Source: a virus. Taken from it: 36,033 nucleotides of DNA. The notes under the pieces are model-generated. The model was not told where the DNA came from. It saw only the letters and a program-made list of their open reading frames with translations, and ran no database searches. The stretch's first letter is position 1. Every line of letters starts with the position of its first letter. The DNA is taken from positions 1-36,033 of the IMG/VR virus record IMGVR_UViG_3300045988_125363. The stretch is one strand, 5' to 3'. Below, piece after piece: positions 1-7,016 of the stretch. The position numbers were made by a program, and so were the translations under genes.

Positions 1-119
1 TCCACCGATTTTTGGGTCACACTCTGCATGATGTACAGCGATTACTGCGCCGTGGCCAAAGAGTACGGGGCCGACACCCCCGCCTTTTATGCTGATATGG
101 CAGCAGCCTTCCTGCACGA
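1..119. repeat. Terminal direct repeat copy 1 (119 bp), identical to 35915..36033
   Basis: Base-by-base comparison of the window start (tccaccgatttttgggtcac...ccttcctgcacga) with the window end. Confidence 0.95.
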
Positions 120-177
120 CAAAGACGCTGTAGACAACAAGCTCGTGGAGTACTGGGAACACATTCCTAAATCCTGA
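1..177 (+). CDS. 3' part of the junction-spanning hypothetical gene (same gene as 35609..36033; 160 aa once the overlap is collapsed)
   Basis: Frame 1 is open from nt 1 to TGA at 175..177 (...DFWVTLCMMYSDYCAVAKEYGADTPAFYADMAAAFLHDKDAVDNKLVEYWEHIPKS). It continues the frame of the ORF starting at ATG 35609. Confidence 0.7.
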   Translation, partial: STDFWVTLCMMYSDYCAVAKEYGADTPAFYADMAAAFLHDKDAVDNKLVEYWEHIPKS

Positions 178-197
178 CGACTTTTTGCAGACTTCGG
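175..197 (+). repeat. Direct repeat DR1 TGACGACTTTTTGCAGAC-T-TCGG (22/23 identical to 372..394); candidate integrase arm-type site
   Basis: Seen directly. Both copies contain TTTGCAG, which also occurs at 229..235, with TTTGCAA at 239..245. Confidence 0.85.
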
Positions 198-263
198 GAA
201 AGCGATTATGTGCTGGTATCCGCATTTATTTGCAGGTATTTGCAAATCGCAAAGAAACAGAAA

Positions 264-308
264 GCCCGCATGAATGCTGGAAAATCCAGTTTTCATGCGG
301 GTTTTGTT
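264..308. terminator. Strong intrinsic terminator-like hairpin (bidirectional appearance)
   Basis: 10-bp arms cccgcatgaa (265..274) / ttcatgcggg (292..301) with a nested ctgga-aaa-tccag hairpin, followed by TTTTGTT. An A/T-rich run on the other side gives minus-strand function too. Confidence 0.75.
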
Positions 309-312
309 AAAG

Positions 313-337
313 TGCGAGGGAGGGGATTTGAACCCCC
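313..337 (-). other. tRNA 3'-end-like fragment (T-arm plus 3' acceptor strand and discriminator); candidate attP core
   Basis: The minus strand reads GGGGG-TTCAAAT-CCCCT (T-stem / canonical T-loop / T-stem), then CCCTCGC-A. No matching 5' acceptor strand GCGAGGG or anticodon arm lies upstream, so it is not a full tRNA. It sits 25 nt beyond the integrase stop. Confidence 0.5.
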
Positions 338-362
338 TCAAGAGAGCAACTACACGTTGTTT

Positions 363-1547
363 TCAGTCTTTTGACGACTTTTTGCAGACCTCGGTGTCTG
401 CTCTGTCTGCTCTTTTGCTCACATACTCATCCAACTGGGCAAAGTACCTTTCATCCTCCGACTCGCGCAGCTGCTGATACACCCGGCGGGTCGTTGTGAT
501 ATCCGCATGGCCCATGAGCTTCTGCGCGACCATATCCGGCACGCCTGCATAGAAAAGGTTAGAGGCGTAGAGGTGCCGGAACTGGTGGGCGGTGACAACT
601 GCCTTCCATTTGTAGTAGGTTCGCACCTGGTCTGGATGGCCTTTGACCTTGGCGTTGATCTCCAGCGGCGTGCACAGGCCCAAAGGACGGCAGTACATGG
701 CCCACTCCCAATCGTAACGCGACTGTGACAGCGGCTCTGCCTTGCCGGAGAGCACATACTCCCATGGCTTGTGGAGCCTTTTCCTTTGGCCCAGTGCGGG
801 CCGCAGAGGCGTCAAGATCGGCACATCTCGGTACGCCTTTTCTGACTTTAGCGTTTCCAGATAAGGGCGGTTGTGCTCCCACGGCATCGCCCGGCGCACG
901 TGGATCAGTCCGGCTTCGAGGTCTACGTCTTCCCAGCGGAGCCCGTTTGCTTCGCCTATGCGGAGGCCTGTATACTCAAAAAGCTGGGCCCAGAACCCGC
1001 ACCCGTCCGGGTGGGCGTTGATGATGTCACACTGCTCCTTGGTGGGCTCTTCCCGCTTGCCGCGCTTCATCCCGGCGGGCACCTCGGACAAAAGCACCGG
1101 GTTGCCTGTGCCGTGGAAGTTGGAGCACCAGTAGCGGAAAACGCACGACATCACACTGCGCGCGTTCGTGATGGTATGTAAGCTTTTACCGTCTACCTTC
1201 ATCTTTTCCCAGTAGCTGCTGATGCTCTGCGCGTCGATATCGGCCATGCGCAGATCACCAAAGCTTTCCAAAAACTGAGGAAGGTATTTGCGGTAGGAGC
1301 TTATTGTACCACGTTTGACGGGCTTTGTCGAGCCCGTAATGTAATTTTCGTAGGCCTCGGCCACCTCTCGGAACGTCGGCCCGGCGGCTTCCTGCTCATC
1401 CTGCCGGAGCATCTCATCCCGGGCGGCTTCATATTTTGCCGTTGCCTCTGTCACCGTGTACCCGAAAAAGTGCTTGGTGCTGCCGTCCGGCATCTTTCGC
1501 TTTATCTCATAGCGGCCATCTTCACGTTTTGTCTTTTTTCGTGGCAT
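363..1547 (-). CDS. int: Tyrosine recombinase / phage integrase (394 aa)
   Basis: ORF-track 363..1802 trimmed to ATG 1547 (MPRKKTKREDGRYEIK...) behind a GGGAGGGAG RBS. It has an arm-binding-type N-terminus and the motifs TGLRIGEANGLRWEDVD, AHQFRHLYAS and MGHADITTTRRVYQQL (R...HxxR...Y). Confidence 0.95.
   Translation of the reverse strand: MPRKKTKREDGRYEIKRKMPDGSTKHFFGYTVTEATAKYEAARDEMLRQDEQEAAGPTFREVAEAYENYITGSTKPVKRGTISSYRKYLPQFLESFGDLRMADIDAQSISSYWEKMKVDGKSLHTITNARSVMSCVFRYWCSNFHGTGNPVLLSEVPAGMKRGKREEPTKEQCDIINAHPDGCGFWAQLFEYTGLRIGEANGLRWEDVDLEAGLIHVRRAMPWEHNRPYLETLKSEKAYRDVPILTPLRPALGQRKRLHKPWEYVLSGKAEPLSQSRYDWEWAMYCRPLGLCTPLEINAKVKGHPDQVRTYYKWKAVVTAHQFRHLYASNLFYAGVPDMVAQKLMGHADITTTRRVYQQLRESEDERYFAQLDEYVSKRADRADTEVCKKSSKD
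372..394 (+). repeat. Direct repeat DR2 TGACGACTTTTTGCAGAC-C-TCGG (inside the 3' end of int)
   Basis: Seen directly; partner of 175..197, 197 bp away. The pair flanks the terminator and the tRNA-like fragment. Confidence 0.85.
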
Positions 1548-2148
1548 CGTCTGCTCCCTCCCTTGTGACTGAGTACGCTGTCTTGTCGGCCATAGCGGCG
1601 GCCTTGCCGCAGTTGTAAGCCTGCCGCAGGAGCGCCATGATGGGCTGCGGGGTAGCGTTGGGGTCTGAGTCGGCGCCCTTGGCCTGAGCCATCTCGTAGT
1701 CGTCGATGATGGCACCGCAGTGCGACACGCGAGCCGCCAGCGGGCAATGGAGGTTGGCCAGCATCTCGGTGAGAACAGCAAGGTGATCTGAGCCATGGTC
1801 ACCGTAGCGGAGATAGATCAGGGCATTGATCTCATACATACTCGCCTCATCCAGCGCCTCGTGGAGGATTTTCCGCTTTTCCGCGTCGCCCAGGTCGTCC
1901 TCCAGGTGCTCCAGCAGGCCGGGGTGGATACAGGCATCCACATACCGTGTAGCAGACACCCCGCAGCACATAAACCACTTTAGGATCATGGGGCTTGGCG
2001 GCATCTTTGCGCCCCTCTCCCACGCCGCAATGGTGGGGCGGCTCAAGCCCATCCGGCTGGCCAGCTTGTCCTGGCTTATCCCGGCATGAGCCCGTGCGCT
2101 TATCAACGCTTTTGATACTCGTATCGCGTATTCATCCGCCTTATTCAC
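1522..2148 (-). CDS. XRE-family HTH regulator with a ~140-aa C-terminal domain; candidate lysogeny repressor
   Basis: GTG start at 2148 with a GAGGTGA RBS. HTH segment GISQDKLASRMGLSRPTIAAWERG. Overlaps the int start by 26 nt and is divergent from the small rightward ORFs at 2268. Confidence 0.8.
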   Translation of the reverse strand: MNKADEYAIRVSKALISARAHAGISQDKLASRMGLSRPTIAAWERGAKMPPSPMILKWFMCCGVSATRYVDACIHPGLLEHLEDDLGDAEKRKILHEALDEASMYEINALIYLRYGDHGSDHLAVLTEMLANLHCPLAARVSHCGAIIDDYEMAQAKGADSDPNATPQPIMALLRQAYNCGKAAAMADKTAYSVTREGADDATKKDKT

Positions 2149-2267
2149 AGTTGTTCACCTCACAAGTTCAAATTTTTACGAAATTTAACTTAAATTGGTA
2201 CTTTTGTTTTTACGTTGAGTTATGTTATAACAATTATGTAAAAAATAGCCACGATGGAGGTATAAAG

Positions 2268-2384
2268 ATGCTGTACTGTATTTTGTCCGCACCCGCTGTC
2301 GTCCCCGACGATATGGAGATCATTGACGGTATGCCCGCCAGCCGCCCCCAGGTGGAGCGGACGCGGGCCCCGTGGGAGGGTTGA
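2268..2384 (+). CDS. Small hypothetical protein (38 aa)
   Basis: ATG 2268 follows a GGAGG RBS (gatggaggtataaagATG). It is the last part of ORF-track 1995..2384 and is the first gene divergent from the HTH. Confidence 0.4.
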   Translation: MLYCILSAPAVVPDDMEIIDGMPASRPQVERTRAPWEG

Positions 2385-2387
2385 GCT

Positions 2388-2606
2388 ATGGCGTGTGACC
2401 ACAACACCATCATCCAGCTGCTGGCCCCGTTTACCCATCAAGCTGCGCTGCGCATCGTCTACCACCTCGCCCGTGCCGGGGCCCCGGTGGAGCTGTACGA
2501 GGACGCGGCCCGCATCCTGACCCGGGCCGCTGAGGACAAAGCCGCAGGCCGCAACCCCGGCGATCGGGTGCGGTTCATCAACAACACAACGCTGGAGGAA
2601 GTCTGA
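2388..2606 (+). CDS. Hypothetical protein (72 aa)
   Basis: ORF-track entry. GGGAGGG RBS 5 nt upstream. No recognisable motif. Confidence 0.55.
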   Translation: MACDHNTIIQLLAPFTHQAALRIVYHLARAGAPVELYEDAARILTRAAEDKAAGRNPGDRVRFINNTTLEEV

Positions 2607-2647
2607 CCCAAGCCCTCGCCACCCTTCCCGGCGGCGGGGGTCATTTT

Positions 2648-2668
2648 GTGTCCACTGTGGACACTTTT
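2648..2668 (-). repeat. 21-nt element AAAAGTGTCCACAGTGGACAC, copy 1 (17-bp perfect palindrome GTGTCCAC-N-GTGGACAC); terminator-like on the plus strand
   Basis: The plus strand reads gtgtccactgtggacacTTTT. The identical 21-mer occurs at 14245..14265 and 30459..30479. Confidence 0.9.
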
Positions 2669-3302
2669 ACATGTGGATGCTGTCATAAGTCAGCGTGTGC
2701 CCGTCCCAAATAAAATTCTCACCATTTCCCAGATACACCGGGAACTTCGTAAAGAAAACCGTTCCTTCCGAAAATTGCAGCGGGAGATTTGCAATCCTTG
2801 CATAATGCAGATTATAGAGCCTACCGTTTTGTGCTATCTGGCAGTATACAACCTCAGTGCATCTTATCTCCCCATAGTTGGGGTCATCCCACGCTGGTTG
2901 TTTAGGGACTTCGTTTGACACAGAAACATACTTTCCATCTATTTTGCGCACAGGCGAGTATTTCAGCGTATAGCCATCCCAGACATAATCCGTCCCGCTG
3001 GTTTTATCATCCGGGAACGAATCAAAGTAGACGTAGGTATTATCTGGATTGGCTGGCTTTTCAGGCCCGGCGGGTTTAATGCCTTTTTTCTCCACAAAAC
3101 TGTTGTCCTCAAATCGTCCGTCGTGGACGGTTCCATCCTCGGCAATTATGCAAACGTACTTTTTGCCCGGCACCGTGATGGAAGCATTTGGGCTTTGTAC
3201 TGAGGCCCCGCCGCCAGAGCAGCCCGTGAGTGAAACGGCCACCGCAAGCACCATAATGCACAAACCAGCAATCGCAATTTTTCCAGTTTTTACAAATTTC
3301 AT
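2667..3302 (-). CDS. Prophage lipoprotein, candidate superinfection-exclusion protein (211 aa)
   Basis: Signal peptide plus lipobox (MKFVKTGKIAIAGLCIMVLAVAVSLTGC). AGAGGA RBS. Two internal repeats end in DYVWDGYTLKY and NFIWDGHTLTY. Confidence 0.85.
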   Translation of the reverse strand: MKFVKTGKIAIAGLCIMVLAVAVSLTGCSGGGASVQSPNASITVPGKKYVCIIAEDGTVHDGRFEDNSFVEKKGIKPAGPEKPANPDNTYVYFDSFPDDKTSGTDYVWDGYTLKYSPVRKIDGKYVSVSNEVPKQPAWDDPNYGEIRCTEVVYCQIAQNGRLYNLHYARIANLPLQFSEGTVFFTKFPVYLGNGENFIWDGHTLTYDSIHM

Positions 3303-3511
3303 GTTTTTTCCTCTGAATGCTTGATTTTTCTCTATAATTGTTGTAATATCGAACCAGCAAATACAACCTAAAGGGGTGTTTTGAAATGACCGACAACGAA
3401 TTTTTGGAATACTTAAAATCTCACCCCGAACTGTGGGATGTTGTTATGAAAATTCTTCGGCCTTAGAGGCCCGCACTAAATCCGCCCGCCACGACAGACG
3501 GGCTCTTTTAT

Positions 3512-4804
3512 TTACACTTTGCTCCTTATCTGCTCTTTTAGCTTCAGCGATTCACGATACTGTTCCGCTGGAGCAAGCTCCACAAACTCCACCGAGCGAT
3601 CATAGTTTTCCTTCACGACTTTCTTTATTTCGTCCAGCGTGACGTTGAAGAACTCCCGACGCTGGTTAACAAAGTTCAGCTTACGGTCGGCGAAAGCGTT
3701 ATGCAATGCTGCTTCCAACCGAGGTGCATCATCCGAGAAGATCATAGCATGGACATCAAAGTTGAACGGAACGGACGCATCTCCAAGCTCATCCACGCGA
3801 TCCTGCGGGTCAAGGCGGCGAGTCATGCCGATTTTATACACGTTTTCGCCAAAAGCGCCAATATTGGAGATAACATAAACGTACCCTGCCCGCTGATTTG
3901 CTTCTCGATAGTCAACATCTTTGAACTCTTTGTCGATTCTATCCAGCTGTGCCTCAAGCTCTGCTTTCTTTTCCTCAATTGCCGTGCGATCGGTTTCAGA
4001 AGCAGTTTCAAGCTGGGCGATAATACGCTGTAATGCATTCTGATAATGCTGCTGCTCTTTTTCCAACTTTTTACGTTCTTCCTCAATCTCTTTAGCCAGT
4101 TTTGCTTCTTCCCGCATTCTAGCACGGGCTTCTTTCTGCTCCTCTTTTTCTTGCTGTTTTTTCTGAGCATATTCAAATGCAAGGTGCAGCTCTTCGATTT
4201 TGAGCTGATAATACTGCGGCACAATCCCGACACTCATGATTGCTCCAAGCTTTGAGATAGCATCGCGAGAAGAAGTAATCCGCTTTTCGCTGGCCGCAAT
4301 ATTATTATATTTGACGTGTTCTATTACATCATCGCATTCGGAGTTGAACGCCCGGAGAAGTAGTTTCTGCATATCCGCAACCATCTTGTTTCCTTTGGCC
4401 GCATTACCATTTACAGTCCAGCTGGAACTTCCAGTAACAGCGGTTTTGTTTTTTACCATATTCTTTTGCTTTGCACGAATCTCCAGCAGGTGGGCCTTAT
4501 ATTCGTCGGAGTTCATAAATGAATATCGCGGCGTATAGATTCCAAAACTCTGCATGAGGACGGTTTCTTCCGTTTCAACTATTTCGCTCTTGGTCTTCTG
4601 CAAGTCTGCAATAGCGTTGTTTAATTCGTCTTGCCGTTGCTTCAAATGTGTTTCAACCAACGATAATTCCGCTTTGCTCTCCTCGATTTCTTGATTGATT
4701 TTCTCTAATGTCCGGCTCTCCGAGGGCATAGAATCCCTTAACCGCTGCAATTCTTCATTCAGACGATCGATTTCTTCTTTTTCTTTTTTACCAAACAATG
4801 ACAT
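3512..4804 (-). CDS. DUF4041-like + T5orf172/Mug113 (GIY-YIG-like) domain protein, candidate anti-phage nuclease (430 aa)
   Basis: Coiled-coil N-terminus. Central FGIYTPRYSF...KLLLRAFNSECD...YYQLKIEELHLAFEY block. Charged coil. C-terminal GYVYVISN...VYKIGMTRRLDPQDRVDEL...LHNAFADRKLN...REFF. GGGAGGAA RBS. 35-40% GC in two hand-counted lines. Confidence 0.8.
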   Translation of the reverse strand: MSLFGKKEKEEIDRLNEELQRLRDSMPSESRTLEKINQEIEESKAELSLVETHLKQRQDELNNAIADLQKTKSEIVETEETVLMQSFGIYTPRYSFMNSDEYKAHLLEIRAKQKNMVKNKTAVTGSSSWTVNGNAAKGNKMVADMQKLLLRAFNSECDDVIEHVKYNNIAASEKRITSSRDAISKLGAIMSVGIVPQYYQLKIEELHLAFEYAQKKQQEKEEQKEARARMREEAKLAKEIEEERKKLEKEQQHYQNALQRIIAQLETASETDRTAIEEKKAELEAQLDRIDKEFKDVDYREANQRAGYVYVISNIGAFGENVYKIGMTRRLDPQDRVDELGDASVPFNFDVHAMIFSDDAPRLEAALHNAFADRKLNFVNQRREFFNVTLDEIKKVVKENYDRSVEFVELAPAEQYRESLKLKEQIRSKV

Positions 4805-4869
4805 ATTGCGATTCCTCCCGATTTTTTACATATTACATTGAATTTCTGAGCATTTGCCCTGTGTTGCTT

Positions 4870-5217
4870 CTACTTTTTTCCGTTCTCTAGTACAGCCAAA
4901 GCTGCCGCTCTAGCTGCGGCTCTGGCTTCTGGCGACGCTTCTCTATATGCATTCTCTACATCCGGCCACTCGTAACCGAGCTCACTTTTCAAAGTGGGCT
5001 CTTTTTTTGTGCCCATGAGCTCCTCAACGGGGATCCCGAGCACTTCTGAAATTTTTGCCCACCGGCGACGTGTGGGACTGGCTCTTCCTTTTAGCCAATC
5101 ACTCACATTACCGGTAGACGCACCGATTTTGTCCGCAAATTCTTTTTGAGACATGTCAAGCTTATCAAGCGTCTCAAAAAGCTTAGGACAACGGCATTCT
5201 TCTGGAATATTTGCCAT
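4870..5217 (-). CDS. XRE/Cro-C1-type HTH regulator (115 aa)
   Basis: MSQKEFADKIGASTGNVSDWLKGRASP HTH. AAGGTAAGGTGA RBS. Divergent from the 5218..5603 regulatory region. Confidence 0.85.
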   Translation of the reverse strand: MANIPEECRCPKLFETLDKLDMSQKEFADKIGASTGNVSDWLKGRASPTRRRWAKISEVLGIPVEELMGTKKEPTLKSELGYEWPDVENAYREASPEARAAARAAALAVLENGKK

Positions 5218-5274
5218 TTTTTCACCTTACCTTTTGTTCAAAATAACGGTTTTAGAGTTTTTCGTGTTTACTTA

Positions 5275-5303
5275 TTGAGTTTTCGAGATTTTCGAGTTAT
5301 AAT
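5275..5303 (+). promoter_or_regulatory. Sigma-70-type promoter candidate TTGAGT-17 nt-TATAAT with tandem TTTTCGAG repeats in the spacer
   Basis: TTGAGT at 5275..5280, TATAAT at 5298..5303. The spacer reads tTTTCGAGaTTTTCGAGt. A related TTTTCGTG lies upstream at 5259..5266. Confidence 0.5.
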
Positions 5304-5346
5304 AAAGTCGTGCTCAGGAAACCAGATGGCGAGTCTGGCCCGGGGT

Positions 5347-5368
5347 GCAAACTCAGGGTTTGCTTTTT
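5347..5368 (+). terminator. Weak terminator-like hairpin about 45 nt downstream of the 5275 promoter
   Basis: gcaaac-tcagg-gtttgc followed by TTTTT. It is preceded by a ccaga-N7-tctgg hairpin (5322..5338). Confidence 0.3.
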
Positions 5369-5488
5369 GTTAGTAACCTCCGCAAGTACTTCCAAAGTTC
5401 CCTGTTCAGAAAAACGGCCCACACCGCAGCAGGAGCTTGGGCCGGGCCTGTGGCAGTTCAGTTCCTTTCTTCTTCCACAGACCAAACG

Positions 5489-5564
5489 CATTGCCAAGTC
5501 TGACACGTTGTATTTTGATTTATCCACAATTTCATTTTACACCTGTTTCAACCGCTTGGCAATG
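5489..5564. repeat. 10-bp perfect inverted repeat CATTGCCAAG ... CTTGGCAATG with a 56-nt AT-rich spacer
   Basis: Arms at 5489..5498 and 5555..5564. The right arm contains TTGGCA upstream of the Cro-like gene. Confidence 0.8.
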
Positions 5565-5603
5565 TTTTTAACCCCTTAAAATGAAACATCTTGTAAAAAT
5601 GAG

Positions 5604-5804
5604 GTGATGAAAATGGCTGCTACGACTTGGACGCCGGAATGGAAGGCCGAGGTCGTCAAGCAAAAGACGCTGCGCAACTGGAATTACGCCCAGCTGGCCC
5701 GCGCGGCTGGCCTTGGCGTCGGCCAGGTGCAGAAGTATGTTGCAGGGAAATACACCTGCGACAACCCGAAAGAGCCCATCGAGCGGGCGCTGGGGATGAG
5801 GTGA
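5604..5804 (+). CDS. Cro-like small HTH protein
   Basis: WNYAQLARAAGLGVGQVQKYVAGK HTH. Given the GAGGTGA RBS at 5601..5607, the most likely start is ATG 5613 (MAATTWTPEWK...). Confidence 0.7.
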   Translation: MMKMAATTWTPEWKAEVVKQKTLRNWNYAQLARAAGLGVGQVQKYVAGKYTCDNPKEPIERALGMR

Positions 5805-5808
5805 GGAC

Positions 5809-5988
5809 ATGGCGGCTGGAAAGTTTATCTTGATCTGCATCATGTGCTTTGTCTCCGGCGGGTGCCTGTCCGTGCTCATCACGGTGTGCGCCTCCCGGCC
5901 CAGCCGCAAGATGCTGGCGGGCTGGTTCGCGTACTTTGCCATCTGCCTGAGCTTGGCATACATCATCGGAAAGGCGGTTTTGTTATGA
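5809..5988 (+). CDS. Small membrane protein (59 aa; below the ORF-track cutoff)
   Basis: GAGGTGAGGA RBS. MAAGKFILICIMCFVSGGCLSVLITVCA...FAYFAICLSLAYIIG gives two hydrophobic helices. ATGA overlap with the next gene. Confidence 0.55.
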   Translation: MAAGKFILICIMCFVSGGCLSVLITVCASRPSRKMLAGWFAYFAICLSLAYIIGKAVLL

Positions 5989-6203
5989 GCGGTACTGCAT
6001 TTATCATTGCCGACATTATGGTCTGGACGGGCACCGACCCGTGGCAGGCCCACTGCATCGAGACGATGCTGCTGGCATTCCTCCTCGCGCCGATCGTCGT
6101 GGGCGCTCCGATGCTGCTGGCAAAGTACGACGCCTGGAAGCGGGACGACAACGCCCGCATCCGCGCCGCAAAGCATCGGCGCATGGAAAGGACGGCGCGG
6201 TGA
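5985..6203 (+). CDS. Small membrane protein (72 aa)
   Basis: ORF-track 5844..6203 trimmed to ATG 5985 (MSGTAFIIADIMVWTG...LLAFLLAPIVVGAPMLL). Start overlaps the upstream stop. Confidence 0.55.
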   Translation: MSGTAFIIADIMVWTGTDPWQAHCIETMLLAFLLAPIVVGAPMLLAKYDAWKRDDNARIRAAKHRRMERTAR

Positions 6204-6499
6204 TGGGGCCAAGCTATTATCGCGATAAGCTTTGCGAGCGCTGCGGGGCGCAGATGGTCCATGTTTTCCACACCGCCCGCTACTGCCCGAACTGCCGGAA
6301 AGCGGTAGACCGGGAGAATAACCGCAGGAAGCACCGCGAGGCCAGACTGCGCAAGGAAAAAGAAAAGCCTATGCCCACGGGCGACAGCCTCCACGACGTA
6401 GTGGCCCGGGCCAAAGCGGCGGGCCGCTCGTATGGGTGGCAGGTCTGGTTTGAGTTATGGCAAAAGGAGTTGGTGAGACGTGGCAAGAAAATTGCGTAA
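6203..6499 (+). CDS. Zinc-ribbon protein (98 aa)
   Basis: ORF-track 6041..6499 trimmed to ATG 6203 (overlaps stop TGA 6201..6203). CERCG...CPNC pair and a basic tail. Confidence 0.6.
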   Translation: MGPSYYRDKLCERCGAQMVHVFHTARYCPNCRKAVDRENNRRKHREARLRKEKEKPMPTGDSLHDVVARAKAAGRSYGWQVWFELWQKELVRRGKKIA

Positions 6500-6722
6500 T
6501 GATATTTGGTTTGCATCCTACAACGTGATGGCCGAGAAGTACGGCACGCTGGCCCCCGATGTGGAGACGGCGGCGAAGATCACGGGCGTTTCCACCCGCA
6601 ACGTCTGCGATCAGTTCCCGGACGGTTGGAGCGGGAACGGGCGCGGCAAGACCATCAATTTGGGTTTGCTGCTGGATCAGTATTTTGTGAGCTTGGGAAA
6701 CCCGATTTTCCCGGAAAAGTGA
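6480..6722 (+). CDS. Hypothetical protein (80 aa)
   Basis: ORF-track entry with a GTG start. ATG 6528 is an alternative start. Function unknown. Confidence 0.45.
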   Translation: MARKLRNDIWFASYNVMAEKYGTLAPDVETAAKITGVSTRNVCDQFPDGWSGNGRGKTINLGLLLDQYFVSLGNPIFPEK

Positions 6723-6734
6723 GAGGTGGAAGAG

Positions 6735-7016
6735 ATGAACACTTTACAGCTGGTAGCCATCACCTACACCTCCCACGCGGGCCGGGGCTGGACATCCGGC
6801 AAGGGGACAGTGCGTACCACTGGCATCGTCATCGACAACCCGGCGGCGCTGGCCGCGCTGCTGAAGTTGGCCGACGCCGTCCCCTTCACTCGGGACGAAG
6901 CTCTTTACATGAGCCCCACGGCCAATGCGCTGGCCCGTCTGATCTGTGCCCTCGAAGAGCTGCATGGGCGGCACATTCTCGGCAGCGATCAGATTTTGGA
7001 GATTGCGAGGGCATAA
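6735..7016 (+). CDS. Hypothetical protein (93 aa)
   Basis: ATG 6735 behind GAGAGGTGGA. The C-terminus HILGSDQILEIARA is shared with the next gene. Confidence 0.55.
   Translation: MNTLQLVAITYTSHAGRGWTSGKGTVRTTGIVIDNPAALAALLKLADAVPFTRDEALYMSPTANALARLICALEELHGRHILGSDQILEIARA

Noticed and set aside
313-400. A complete tRNA gene next to int
   Set aside because: Only the T-arm and 3' acceptor strand are present. No complementary 5' acceptor strand (GCGAGGG), D-arm or anticodon arm could be found upstream on the minus strand.
1548-1802. N-terminal 85-aa extension of the integrase ORF (ORF-track start at 1802)
   Set aside because: The extension overlaps the HTH gene, is Pro/Arg/Thr-rich nonsense, and there is a clean RBS + ATG at 1547 giving a canonical integrase N-terminus.
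2149-2267. Specific -35/-10 assignments in the AT-rich divergent region between the 208-aa HTH gene and the 2268 ORF
   Set aside because: Several overlapping weak hexamer combinations are possible (for example TTGAGT...TAAAAA), and none has convincing spacing. The region is surely regulatory, but I cannot place the promoters.
3386-3466. 26-aa plus-strand mini-ORF (MTDNEFLEYLKSHPELWDVVMKILRP) with an AAGGGG RBS between the lipoprotein and DUF4041 genes
   Set aside because: It is too short to support without homology. It could be a gene remnant. The hairpins after it can equally be terminators of the convergent DUF4041 gene.
5297-5579. ORFs 5297..5527 (-) and 5310..5579 (+) in the switch region
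   Set aside because: They have no RBS, lie in an AT-rich structured regulatory region, and mutually overlap. They are more likely non-coding.
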